A stretch of 63,996 nt of DNA, filler included, from an uncultured bacterium (GTDB lineage: Bacteria; Hinthialibacterota; Hinthialibacteria; Hinthialibacterales; Hinthialibacteraceae), in assembly GCA_964449065.1 (NCBI GenBank). It is 9 parts of 9 records of this genome, joined end to end, with 100 filler letters (N's around TTAATTAATTAA, not from the genome) between each part and the next. Parts side by side here need not be neighbours in the genome. Positions count along the whole stretch, not along the records: positions 45,168 to 52,478 come from CAYVAZ010000263.1; positions 52,579 to 59,762 come from CAYVAZ010000265.1; positions 59,863 to 63,996 come from CAYVAZ010000405.1; 6 more parts are not named here. One strand, given 5' to 3'. The stretch's first letter is position 1, and each line of letters starts with the position of its first letter. Shown in pieces: positions 51,266 to 61,810 of the stretch. Below the pieces are notes generated by a model. That model did not search any database and had not been told where the DNA came from. It was given only the letters and a program-made list of their open reading frames with translations. The translations under genes and the position numbers were made by a program.

Positions 51266-52153
51266 TCACGGTCTTGGTGTTGGTGTGGGTTGAATGAACC
51301 AGAATTCTTTGAGGATGAGTAAATCCAAACCGTCAATGAAGCCGTCGCTGTTGATATCGGCGGGTTTGATGAATCCCGGCGGCACTTCCGGGAAGGGTGT
51401 GGCTGTGGCGGTGGCGCTGGGGGTGGGCGTGTTTGTTGGCGGGCCTTCCGGTGTAGGGGAGGGGGGCGGCGTGGGTGTGAAGGTGGGTGTGTTTGAAGGG
51501 GTTGGTGTGGGTGTGCCTTCAATTGCATGAACGATGTTGAGCATATCAACGATAAGCCAGGGGGCGTCGGTTTCGCGGGAGTTGTTTTGTTCGGTTGTGG
51601 AATGGGAGAAAATGAAGGTGTTGTCCTGGAGAAAATATTCAAATTGCGATTCGGTTTGGATGGTGGGGATGGGAGTGGCGCTGCGCGCGGGAATGCCGAG
51701 ATTGACACGCTGACCGGTTTCGAGGTGATACATACGCAGCACGCCGGTTGAGAGGGTGCCGTCGGAATTGATGTCATTGCCACCTTGGGTTTCGTTGACC
51801 AAATAGATGAAGTATTTTTCGTCTTTGGAGATTAGCAGCGATTGCGGGACAGCCGATTCGCGGGTATCGCGCAGGACACGGTTGATGCCGTCCCAAACGA
51901 ACAACCTCCGGTTTGTTTCGAAGGAAGTTAAATCGGAAAAGACGGCGTAGTGACGGGTGAAGACTTCGAGGCGCATGTTTTCTACCTGCGCTATTTCAAC
52001 ATCAAAGCGGCGTAAGGGGGTAGGAACGCGGATGGTGTCGGCGTCATTGATATCGAGTACCGTAGGGCGGGGCCGGATGTTTTGGGCATTGGAAGAAACA
52101 ACAAAGTTTAATGATGAAATGATGACAAGAATAGGAACAAGGTTTTTGATCAT
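51266..52153 (-). CDS. Secreted protein with Pro/Thr linker and C-terminal dockerin/EF-hand-like motif
   Basis: Signal peptide from ATG 52153, TPTPTP repeats, ADINSDGFIDGLDLLILKEFW. Confidence 0.8.
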   Translation of the reverse strand: MIKNLVPILVIISSLNFVVSSNAQNIRPRPTVLDINDADTIRVPTPLRRFDVEIAQVENMRLEVFTRHYAVFSDLTSFETNRRLFVWDGINRVLRDTRESAVPQSLLISKDEKYFIYLVNETQGGNDINSDGTLSTGVLRMYHLETGQRVNLGIPARSATPIPTIQTESQFEYFLQDNTFIFSHSTTEQNNSRETDAPWLIVDMLNIVHAIEGTPTPTPSNTPTFTPTPPPSPTPEGPPTNTPTPSATATATPFPEVPPGFIKPADINSDGFIDGLDLLILKEFWFIQPTPTPRP

Positions 52154-52294
52154 GAAAAAAACTCCTGAGCGTGAGTGGTGGGTCAGAACGGCATGACCTA
52201 CTTTACGGGCTGAACAGTATATAGCAGCAGGCTGGAAGCCGACGTTCCCCACACAGTTGAAACGGATACTTTTAATTGCACATTGTATTACTAT

Positions 52295-52478
52295 CTCATG
52301 TTACGCATACGTAATGATATGTCCGTTATTCTAATTTACCGCTGTATCTATCGCCCTCGCCCACCGGGAGAGGGTAGGGGTGAGGGCTTAGGGAGACAAT
52401 CTTCTTTTTGTACGCTACTGAGCAGTAGGGAGCAATCGCTCTCTTCGCCCTCATCTCTTATCTTCTCCCAAAGGGAGA
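52295..52478. mobile_element. Diverged copy of the 275-bp MITE, truncated by contig end
   Basis: CTCATGTTACGCA start; internal CGCCCTCGCCCACCGGGAGAGGGTAGGGGTGAGGG shared with 51012-51046. Confidence 0.85.
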
Positions 52479-52811
52479 NNNNNNNNNNNNNNNNNNNNNN
52501 NNNNNNNNNNNNNNNNNNNNNNTTAATTAATTAANNNNNNNNNNNNNNNNNNNNNNNNNNNNNNNNNNNNNNNNNNNNGGTGGGCTACCGGACAGATGCC
52601 GTTCGATTGGATTCAGGCACACACCCGCTTTGATATAAGCGTAATCATCGTTTTGAGAGTGTTGAGCCCACCCTACGAAATACCGGCTGGGAGTTGATGC
52701 TGCACGGTTTCTATCATAGACGGCCGCAATACCCTTGTTTATTACATAAATCGCCCGTAAATTTATAAATTCAAAGGCATTGATATTGGAATTCAGTATA
52801 AATAGAAACCG

Positions 52812-54305
52812 ATGAAAAACTCAAATCCAACCTATATTTTGTCACTCGATATCGGAACATCATCCGTTCGCGGGATTGTCTTTGATGACACAGGAACCGC
52901 GGTGGACGGTTTGATGAAGCAACTCCAATATTCCATGCAAAAAACGGATGACGGCGGCGAATTCACCAACGCGGATGATTTATGCGATTTGGTTTATCAG
53001 ATCATTGACGCGATTGCTGAGCAAACCAAAGAGAAATCCATGAAAATCAGCGCGGTTTCATGCTGCACCTTTTGGCACAATGTTGTGGGGGTAAACGCTC
53101 AAGGCAAAGCCTGCACACCATTGCTGAATTGGAGCGACACAAGGCCGGAATCCGTACTCCCCCAACTGAAAGAAATCCTGGAGCCAAAAGCCTTTACCGC
53201 CCGTACCGGCTGCCCGATGCACGCCAGTTTTTTGCCCGCAAAGTTAACGTGGGCGGCCAAAGCTATGAGCGATGAATTTGTGCAAGCCGATCATTGGATG
53301 TCATTCGGTGAGTATTTATTCTTTCAAATCACCGGAGAACGGAAGTGCTCGTACTCAATGGCATCCGGCAGCGGGCTACTCTATTCCAAAGAATGTGTGT
53401 GGGATCAAGAAACACTCACGGTGCTGCCGATAGATGAACGCCATTTATCCCCCCTGTGCGACAAACATGATCCCTACGAATCAATGAAACCGGAACTGGC
53501 CAAGCGCTGGGAATTTTTGCGGAATGCCAAATGGTTTCCGGCGTTGGGGGACGGCGCTTGCAACAACATCGGCAGCGGGTGCGCCGGCCCCGATAAATTA
53601 ACCCTGATGGTCGGGACCTCCGGAGCGATGCGGATTGTATGGAAAGGCGAATACCGCCAGCCGCCGGAAGGCCTATGGTGCTACCGCATCGACCGCAACC
53701 GGCCTATTCAGGGCGGGGCATTAAGCAATGGGGGCAATCTGTTCGCTTGGATGAAGAACACGCTCAATTTGCCGGATGAAAAGGAATTGGAACACATTAT
53801 TACATCGGCAAAGCCGGATTCACATGGATTAACCATCCTGCCGTTCTTATCCGGCCAGCGCGCCCCGCGCTGGAACCCCAACAGCCGGGCGATGATCTAC
53901 GGCTTGCGGGCATCCACCAAGCCGGAACAGATTCTGCATGCGGGGCTGGAATCCATAGCGATGCGGTTCCGCTTGATTTATGATTTGTTGAAACCGCTGG
54001 TGGCGGATGATCATATCTTGGTGGCCAGCGGCGGCGGGTTGCTGAAATCGCCCGCGTGGATTCAAATCATGGCGGATGTGCTGGGGCGTCCCGTGCGGGT
54101 TTCGCAAGTGCAGGAATCGTCCTGCCGCGGCGCCGCGTTATGCGCCCTGGAATCGTTAGGGGTATTAGACGGCATCGAACACGCCGACCCCTGTTTGGGC
54201 GAAACCGTGAATCCCCGTGAGGAAAATATAGAGACCTATAGCAAAGCGGTAGAGCGGCATGTGAATGTAGAGTTGGCCGTAAGAGAATCCAGTGTGTTTT
54301 TGTAA
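52812..54305 (+). CDS. gntK: FGGY-family gluconokinase
   Basis: LDIGTSS, SMASGSGL, GDGACNNIGSG, GTSGAMR, LWCY; gnd downstream. Confidence 0.85.
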   Translation: MKNSNPTYILSLDIGTSSVRGIVFDDTGTAVDGLMKQLQYSMQKTDDGGEFTNADDLCDLVYQIIDAIAEQTKEKSMKISAVSCCTFWHNVVGVNAQGKACTPLLNWSDTRPESVLPQLKEILEPKAFTARTGCPMHASFLPAKLTWAAKAMSDEFVQADHWMSFGEYLFFQITGERKCSYSMASGSGLLYSKECVWDQETLTVLPIDERHLSPLCDKHDPYESMKPELAKRWEFLRNAKWFPALGDGACNNIGSGCAGPDKLTLMVGTSGAMRIVWKGEYRQPPEGLWCYRIDRNRPIQGGALSNGGNLFAWMKNTLNLPDEKELEHIITSAKPDSHGLTILPFLSGQRAPRWNPNSRAMIYGLRASTKPEQILHAGLESIAMRFRLIYDLLKPLVADDHILVASGGGLLKSPAWIQIMADVLGRPVRVSQVQESSCRGAALCALESLGVLDGIEHADPCLGETVNPREENIETYSKAVERHVNVELAVRESSVFL

Positions 54306-54308
54306 AAA
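54282..54308 (+). repeat. 27-bp perfect direct repeat (second copy 55046-55072)
   Basis: AGAGAATCCAGTGTGTTTTTGTAAAAA, includes the gntK stop. Confidence 0.92.
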
Positions 54309-54464
54309 TTTAATGATTATCGGTTATAACACGGATTCAAATAAATACTGTGTGTTTCCTCCACAAAAGGGGGACATCGGCTTCCAGCCGGTACCGCACA
54401 CCGCATATTATTTCAATGAAGCGGTATACTTTTCAAAATAACAACTAACTGCAAGGTAAAGAAA

Positions 54465-54773
54465 ATGACTGTCCAAATCAAAGAACAAGAAAAAGTGTTA
54501 TTAAACATCGTACGGAATTTGCCGCCAAACCACGCGAATCAGTTGATCAATTTTGCCCGTTTTTTAGAAGCGCAAACACTGGAAGAAGAATGGTTAAAAG
54601 AAGCAAATCAATATTCGTTTGAAGAAGATGATCAAAAATGGGATCAGTTGTTTCAGCATGAAAAATCGGAAATGCTTCTTGATAAAATGACGGAAGAAGC
54701 CTTAGAGCAATATAAACAAGGAAAAGCTAAACGTATGTCCATCAGCGATGAAGGACGATTAACGACCGAATGA
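54465..54773 (+). CDS. Putative antitoxin (DUF2281-like)
   Basis: LPPNHANQLINFARFL..WDQLF..LLDKMTEEAL; ATGA overlap with toxin. Confidence 0.75.
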   Translation: MTVQIKEQEKVLLNIVRNLPPNHANQLINFARFLEAQTLEEEWLKEANQYSFEEDDQKWDQLFQHEKSEMLLDKMTEEALEQYKQGKAKRMSISDEGRLTTE

Positions 54774-55039
54774 TATCATTAACTACAGATAATTTTTGGG
54801 ATTGTTATTATCATTTGCCAAAAGATATACAGAGAAAAGCAGATAATGCTTATGCTCTTTGGATGATAAAACCTCATGCTAAAAGCTTGAATTTTAAGAA
54901 AGTAATCGATCGAAAAGCAGTCTATTCTGTGCGTATCGATAGAGGATATCGTGCTCTCGGTCAAATGATAGATGATGTGGTTTTATGGTTTTGGATCGGC
55001 TCACATGATGAGTATGTACGTCTGTTAAAAGAGAATTAA
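54770..55039 (+). CDS. RelE/ParE-like toxin
   Basis: FWDCYYHLPKDIQ..SLNFKKV..YSVRIDRGYRALG..WFWIGSHDEY. Confidence 0.88.
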   Translation: MISLTTDNFWDCYYHLPKDIQRKADNAYALWMIKPHAKSLNFKKVIDRKAVYSVRIDRGYRALGQMIDDVVLWFWIGSHDEYVRLLKEN

Positions 55040-55299
55040 TTGGTGAGAGAATCCAGTGTGTTTTTGTAAAAACTAACTACAATAAAAGTAAGAGATCAGT
55101 CGTTTGAAAAGAAATTTCCCCTCCCAAGCCTAGGAGGGGTTAGGGGAGGGTTGATTAGGCGATGTGAGAAAGTGCCTTACCTCCCTCCAAACCTCCCCCA
55201 TTGCATTGGGGAAAAAAAGGAACGTCATATTGATTTTTTACTTTACACCGCTGACCTGTTACCAATAAAATTACAATCCTTACAGATTAGGAGACTGTA

Positions 55300-55515
55300 A
55301 TGCAAATCGTACGAAATGCCACTTACAAAGATGGAATTCTTAAACTGGATGAAAGTTTAGGTCAAGAAAATAATGGCAAAACTTATAAGGTTCTATTGTT
55401 TGATGATGAAATTCAACCAAAAACAAAAGAAGCTTTTATGCAGGCTATGAAGAAATATCATTTCAAGTTGGAAGAAGGATACAAATTCGACCGGGAAGAG
55501 CTGCATGAGCGATAG
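55300..55515 (+). CDS. Putative antitoxin of PIN toxin
   Basis: ATYKDGILKL, C-terminal YKFDREELHER. Confidence 0.75.
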   Translation: MQIVRNATYKDGILKLDESLGQENNGKTYKVLLFDDEIQPKTKEAFMQAMKKYHFKLEEGYKFDREELHER

Positions 55516-55919
55516 TATAATTTTTGATACAAACTTGTGGATTTATTTCATTTCCAAAGAACCATTCATAAAAAGTGAAATCATTCAAGAACTCATTGAC
55601 AATAAATATGGTTCAATTGTTGTTAGCACACAAATTCTAGGTGAATTGTATAATGCGTTAACGAAAAAGAACTATCTTTCTCAAGACAAATCAGAGCATG
55701 TAATAAAAGACTTAGTTTCTTCATTTCCTATTATAGGAATCGATAGTGTAACTGTTTTAAAAGCAATAGATCAATAAGAAAAATCAATATTCCTATTGGG
55801 ACAGTTGCATTGTCGCTACCGCTTTATTGAATCAATGTTCGCTTTTGTACTCAGAAGATATGCATCATGGTCATACAATTGAAAATCAATTGGAAATCAG
55901 GAATCCTTTTACAGATTAA
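55505..55919 (+). pseudogene. PIN toxin, frameshift near 55772
   Basis: IFDTNLWIY..STQILGE, then shifted QYSYWDSCIVATAL..LYSEDMHHG..IRNPF. Confidence 0.88.
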
Positions 55920-55940
55920 CTTTATTTATTGGAGAACAGA

Positions 55941-57350
55941 ATGGCACAGCAATTCGGCTTAATCGGTTTGGGAGTGATGGGGGCGAACGTAGCCTTAAAT
56001 ATCGAACGCAACGGCTTTTCCATGGCGGTGTATAACCGGAACCCGGAAAAGCGAAAAGAATTTGCGGATGCGCATACCGATAAAAATTTCATAGTGGCGG
56101 ATACTCTGCAAGAGTTCGTCGAAAATTTAGAACGCCCCCGCAAAATCATTCTGTTGGTGAGCGCCGGGTTTGCCGTGGACGCGGTGATCGGCGATCTTCG
56201 TCCTCTATTGGATGAAGGAGACATCCTGATCGATGCCGGCAACTCGAACTTTACGGATTCGGAGCGCCGCGTGGACGAACTGGCCGGGACTGGGCTGCGG
56301 TTTCTCGGCATGGGGGTCAGCGGCGGCGAAGAAGGCGCGTTGTGGGGTCCCAGCATGATGCCGGGCGGAGATGAAACCGCCTACAAAGAAATCGAGCCGA
56401 TATTGACAAAAATCAGCGCCCAATCGGATTCAGGCCCCTGTACCGCCTATATCGGCAAACGCAGCGCCGGGCACTTCGTGAAGATGTGCCACAACGGAAT
56501 CGAATACGGCGATATGCAGCTGATCGCCGAAACCTACGATATCCTGCGAAATGTGTTTCACTTGAATCCCAACGATATCGCGGAAATCTTTAACGAATGG
56601 AATCAGACCGAACTGCAATCCTATCTCATTGAAATCACCGCAAAGGTGATGAACTTTACCGATGACCAAGGCGGCGATGGCTTCTTGATTGACAAAATAT
56701 TGGATGTCGCGGGACAAAAGGGAACGGGGAAATGGGTATCGCAAACCGCGCTGGAACTCGGCGTGCCGATCCCCACCATCACCTCATCCGTGGATGCCCG
56801 GTTCTTATCGGCATTGAAGACGGAGCGGGTAGAAGCATCAAAAGTATATCCGCTAAAGCTTGCACAAGTCGAAATGAATGCAGAAGATGCCGTGGTCTTA
56901 TTAAAAGACGCTTTGTACGCGTCCAAAATCTGCTCGTACGCGCAAGGATACGCGTTGATGCAGGCCGCTTCGGATCAATATGGGTTTGAACTCAACATGC
57001 AGGAAATCGCCCGCATTTGGAAAGGCGGCTGCATCATTCGCGCGGTCTTCTTGGACCGGATTCGTCAGGCCTATGCTGAAAATCCAAAATTAACCAACTT
57101 GCTTATGGCGCCTACCTTCCAAAAAGAAATTAGCGAACGGGTTGATGCTTGGCGCAATGTGGTGATCACCGCCACCAGTTTGGGAATCGCGGTTCCGGCC
57201 ATGAGCGCCTCGCTGGCGTATTTCGATTCGTACCGGCGCGAACGGAACCCGGCGAACATCATTCAGGCCCAGCGCGATTTCTTCGGGGCGCATACCTATC
57301 AGCGAACCGATCAAGAAGGCGTGTTCCACACCCAATGGATAACCGAATAA
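55941..57350 (+). CDS. gnd: NADP-dependent 6-phosphogluconate dehydrogenase
   Basis: GLGVMG, GVSGGEEGA, GHFVKMCHNGIEYGDMQ, QAQRDFFGAHTY; GGAG RBS. Confidence 0.97.
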   Translation: MAQQFGLIGLGVMGANVALNIERNGFSMAVYNRNPEKRKEFADAHTDKNFIVADTLQEFVENLERPRKIILLVSAGFAVDAVIGDLRPLLDEGDILIDAGNSNFTDSERRVDELAGTGLRFLGMGVSGGEEGALWGPSMMPGGDETAYKEIEPILTKISAQSDSGPCTAYIGKRSAGHFVKMCHNGIEYGDMQLIAETYDILRNVFHLNPNDIAEIFNEWNQTELQSYLIEITAKVMNFTDDQGGDGFLIDKILDVAGQKGTGKWVSQTALELGVPIPTITSSVDARFLSALKTERVEASKVYPLKLAQVEMNAEDAVVLLKDALYASKICSYAQGYALMQAASDQYGFELNMQEIARIWKGGCIIRAVFLDRIRQAYAENPKLTNLLMAPTFQKEISERVDAWRNVVITATSLGIAVPAMSASLAYFDSYRRERNPANIIQAQRDFFGAHTYQRTDQEGVFHTQWITE

Positions 57351-57354
57351 TTCG

Positions 57355-59340
57355 ATGGTATTACATTCCGCACCGAATGATGAAGCCGCAGCGTTGTTGA
57401 AAGAAGCACAGAATTTTGCCAGAAATAAGCAATGGGAATCCGCCATCGATTTCGCGAAACAGGCCAGCAAGGCTGAACCGGATTGGATCGATCCATACGG
57501 CAATCTAGCCTGGTTTTCTGTGTGCCGCTGCCGCTATGACGAGGCGCTGGAACTCTATCAAAAGATACTGGACCTCGATCCTTCCAGTACCGAAGCGGCC
57601 GGCATCGCGGGAAAACTCTGTGAAGAACTGCTGGATTACAAACGTGCTCTGGGCTTTTACAAACAAGCCAAGCATGAGCGCGCCCATGTCATCCTCAACC
57701 GCATCAACAAACGCATAAACTATTCGTTTCTGCATTATCTCTATCAACCCATTTACTATTTTTGTGTTGCGTTGCGTACTTGCAGGCAGCATTCTCTTTC
57801 GCTCAAAATCCTTCGCTTTGTGAGTCTCTTTTTACCAAAAGCAAAACGTCCCTTCTACTTGCTGGCGAGATTGACGCTGGAACAAAAAAAGCAAGATGAA
57901 GAACAGGCGAAAAAAAAAGCGGCCGCGTTGCTGATTCGCGGTATTCAGTACAAATCGAATTTTGAATACTTCGCTTTACTGACTTCGTTGATGTATCAGT
58001 TGGAAGACTATGAAGCGGCGGTTGAGTACGGCAGCGATACCCAATCGTTTCGCGAAAATGATATCCAAACGCTGCAATCCATGGCAATGTCATTCGTCGA
58101 ATTAGAGAAATACGAAGAAGCATTGGAAATCTATGACCGGCTGAGTCAGTTGCAGCCGCGAAATGCCATCCATGTATTGCACAAAGCGTTGATCCATCAA
58201 CACGCGCGGCGGTTTAAGATCGCGGATGAACTGTATTTGCGGGCAATTGCTCTCCACCCCAAATCCATCCTGAATGACTACCTCTATCAAACATTGCTGT
58301 ACGAAAAAACGGTCGAGGAATATCATTCCAGCCGGGCAATCCTGATTGAATCCTCTCATTATGATTATGCCAAACCGGTGTACCGTCCGCCATGGAGGGT
58401 AATCGATCTGCTGTTATCCTTTAGGCGCAGAGTGAACTTCTTTTTCATGGGAACCCTGCCGCAGTTGTTCCTCAAGGAAAAATACAAACGGGTCGCATGT
58501 GCCGTATGCGGCAGCCGCCGAAAACGCTATGTCGCAACCTGCTCCGGCAATGGCTGGCGGATCGTACGATGCGCGCGGTGTGAACTGGTGTATACGTTCC
58601 CGCAGCCAACGGCCGATGTATTGTACGGCAAGTATCAGGGTGAGTATTGGGAAACGGAACGAAATACCGGGGCGGAAGAGTTTCACAAAATTGCAGCACA
58701 AGAACAGGTCATTTCTCCGTTGGATGAAAAAATGTTCCGGTGGTTGGATGATCTTGGTTTTCCAAAGTGGGAAGAAGCGGTCGGTGCGGAAAAACTGCTG
58801 CTGGATGTGGGCTGCGGGCTCGGCATCTTTATGCGGGAAATGCAAAACCGCGGCTGGCAGGTGCAGGGAAGCGAAGTCGCGGATTATGCGGTGGAGTTTT
58901 GCCGCAAATTAGGATACACCATCCATAAAGGTACGTTGGACGCCATTCCGGATCAAAAGTTTGATATGATCTCGCTTCATCATGTGATCGAGCATGTAAA
59001 CGAGCCGCACATCTTAGTCCAACAAATCTATGAACGCTTGAATACAAACGGTCTGGTATTGGTGCGGACACCCTGCTGCGATACCATCCCGGCGTATATT
59101 GCTGGAAAGGCTTGGTTTTACGATCCCGATCATATTTATTTCTTTAACCAAAAAACAGTATGCCGTTTGTTGGAGAACGCGGGATTCAACATCCTCTCCA
59201 CTATGTCGTATGTCGGCATTGAACACGAAACCTGGAACGAGGCATGGTATGGCTTGCAACTCAACAGCATAGCGCGCGAAAAGGTGGAAAAATACAACTA
59301 CGGCGATGTGATATGCGTGCTGGCGGAAAAGAAAGATTAA
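57355..59340 (+). CDS. TPR + Zn-finger + class I SAM-dependent methyltransferase
   Basis: TPR helices, CAVCG/CARC, LLDVGCGLG, HVIEH. Confidence 0.85.
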   Translation: MVLHSAPNDEAAALLKEAQNFARNKQWESAIDFAKQASKAEPDWIDPYGNLAWFSVCRCRYDEALELYQKILDLDPSSTEAAGIAGKLCEELLDYKRALGFYKQAKHERAHVILNRINKRINYSFLHYLYQPIYYFCVALRTCRQHSLSLKILRFVSLFLPKAKRPFYLLARLTLEQKKQDEEQAKKKAAALLIRGIQYKSNFEYFALLTSLMYQLEDYEAAVEYGSDTQSFRENDIQTLQSMAMSFVELEKYEEALEIYDRLSQLQPRNAIHVLHKALIHQHARRFKIADELYLRAIALHPKSILNDYLYQTLLYEKTVEEYHSSRAILIESSHYDYAKPVYRPPWRVIDLLLSFRRRVNFFFMGTLPQLFLKEKYKRVACAVCGSRRKRYVATCSGNGWRIVRCARCELVYTFPQPTADVLYGKYQGEYWETERNTGAEEFHKIAAQEQVISPLDEKMFRWLDDLGFPKWEEAVGAEKLLLDVGCGLGIFMREMQNRGWQVQGSEVADYAVEFCRKLGYTIHKGTLDAIPDQKFDMISLHHVIEHVNEPHILVQQIYERLNTNGLVLVRTPCCDTIPAYIAGKAWFYDPDHIYFFNQKTVCRLLENAGFNILSTMSYVGIEHETWNEAWYGLQLNSIAREKVEKYNYGDVICVLAEKKD

Positions 59341-59862
59341 AAGGATTTAGTTGCTTTGCATAATTTTCCCGGTAACTTCTTCCGCTTTGAGTTCTTACCG
59401 GCAGTGGGAGTTCTTCATTCTAACGGACGTTACGCAAAATTCTATACGGTAGGTATTGTTGCGAGCTTTACATCCGTTTTGATAGTCTGTAAATAAGAAG
59501 AAATGCAACAAAATATGGAGGCAGTTATGCCCGCATAAAAACGTTGAGAATTTTGAAATGCATTACAATAACCCCCTTACGTAAGGGGGTGGAGCCGTAG
59601 GCTCCGGGGGATTTTGTGTTGTTGAAAGCGTGCTTCGATCCCCCCTTAATAAGCTACTCTCCGTAGCAAATCATCTTGAGTCAAAGATGTCCCTGAATGA
59701 TTTAAACCGCGAATAACGACTTTGCCGATTTCAGTCCATTGGATTTCAACCCCTATATCGTCNNNNNNNNNNNNNNNNNNNNNNNNNNNNNNNNNNNNNN
59801 NNNNNNTTAATTAATTAANNNNNNNNNNNNNNNNNNNNNNNNNNNNNNNNNNNNNNNNNNNN

Positions 59863-61810
59863 ACGCGGCGGCTTCTTCGGTTTGGAGGATGCCGAGGCGG
59901 ATTTCCGCGGAGCGCAGGATTTCTGTTAGCGTTTCTTTGTAGGACATGCCGATGAGGCCGGTCATTTTGGTCAAGTGGCCGTCCCAGCACCAGCCGGGGT
60001 TGGGGTTTACTTCCAACAGTTTGGGATTGCCTTCGCCATCAAGCCGCCAGTCGTAGCGGCTGTAATCCCAGCAGTGCAGACGTTCGAACAGGCGTATGCA
60101 GCTGGTCATGATGATTTTTTCGGTCTCTTCGGGCAATTCAGCGGGGATGGATTTCAGCACACTGTAGGGGCCATCGAGTTCCCATTTGGCTTCGTAACCG
60201 CAGATGCGGGGCAGTTCCGGCGGGAGTTGGGAGTAGTCTTCTTCGATGATGGGCAGTTCACGCCAAGTGCCGGGGGGGTTGCCGAGTATCCCCACGCTGA
60301 GATCTTTTCCGGTTAAGAATTCTTCGACCAAGACGGGTTTATCATAGCCGATTTTGGAGCGGATTTCGGTGATGGCGCTGCTGAGTTCTTCTACGTTGTT
60401 ACACAAACTGCGGACGGTAATGCCGAAGCTGGAATCACCGAAGTTGGGTTTTACCAATACCGGAAAGCGGAGGGGGATTTCCATAATCATGTCTTCCGGT
60501 TTAATGAGCCAAGCCGAGGGGACAGGGATTTCCATTTCCTGCGCCAAGCCGCGGGTGAGGGATTTGTCATAACAGATGGCCAAGCACTGCGGCCCGCCGC
60601 CGGTGTAGGGGATGCCGAGTACATCCAGCAGTGCCGGGACGTGCAGTTCGTGCACGGCGGAGTTATTAAAGCCTTCATCACACAGGTTGAGGACATAATC
60701 GATCCCGCCGCGTTTGTTGGTCAGATCGCGAACGAGGGTATCGTGGTTATCGAGATAGGAAAACTCGTAGCCATCGATTTCGTTCAAGGCATTTTTGAGG
60801 CGTTGGATGGTATCGATGTCATCGGCATCGAACACGCTGCTGGGTTTGATGATATCGGATTTGCGCGGGTCCCCTAAAATCACCGTCACCTTTTTGGCGC
60901 CTTTGCGTTTGGGGATTTTGGTCCACTCTTTTTTGACGGCGGCCAGCATGATGATGCGTTTTTCCATCATGCCCAAATCCTGGTGTTTGTTGGTATCCGG
61001 AGCGAGTTCGCCAACCGGACCGATAGCACTGAAGCCGGCTTCTTTGAGCAGTTCACCCAAGCTTTCGGGAGTGTAGAGCCGTTCGGCGTAGAATTGGTCG
61101 GAGAGGATCCCCTCGTTGATATCGGTGATGACTTCGCGGGAAATCAAACGCTGTTTGTCCAGCGACAAAGACCGTTCGCGGCAGACAAAGAGGTCTTTAT
61201 CGATCCATTCCCAGGTGCGGGGTTGGAATTTTTGGCGGAGGTAATCGCCGTCGGCAACATCTATAATGACTTTGCCATTGGGTTTGAGGACGCGGAAGAT
61301 TTCTTTAAAGATTTTCAAGTCATCCTGCGCGGTTTCGAAATAGCCCAGGCTGTTGCCCAGCAGTGTAACGAAATCAAACGTATCGTTGGCGTAGGGCAGT
61401 TTGCGGGCATCGCCTTCACGGTATTTGACTTTGAGGCCCTGTTTTTTCACGGTGGAACGGGCGCGCTGCACGAGATAGCGTGAGCGGTCAAAGCCTTCGA
61501 CGTGAGCAAAGCCGCGGCGTGCCAGTTCGGTGGAGTGGCGGCCGTGTCCGCAACAGAGATCGAGGATGCTGTGGTTCTGCTTCCATCCGGTAATTTGGGT
61601 GAAGTAGTCGATCTCTTGCCGGGTGATGGAATCGTCGCCGACGACATCGCCGTCGGTTTTCATGTAGAGCGAGTTAAAGATGTACTTCCACCAATCTTCT
61701 TTAACGTGTTCTTCGAGATTGGTGACATAGCCAAGACTTTTGGGCTGTTGCGCAAGAGGTTTTTCATCCTTTTGGGCAACCGCACTTTCTGTTGTTTTTG
61801 TGGAAATCAT
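59863..61810 (-). CDS. Class I SAM methyltransferase fused to a D-Ala-D-Ala-ligase-like ATP-grasp domain; stop beyond contig edge
   Basis: LDLCCGHGRH, GDARKLP; NLCDEG, YTGGGP..DK, VKPNFGDSS, VEEFL, LLEVNPNPG. Confidence 0.9.
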
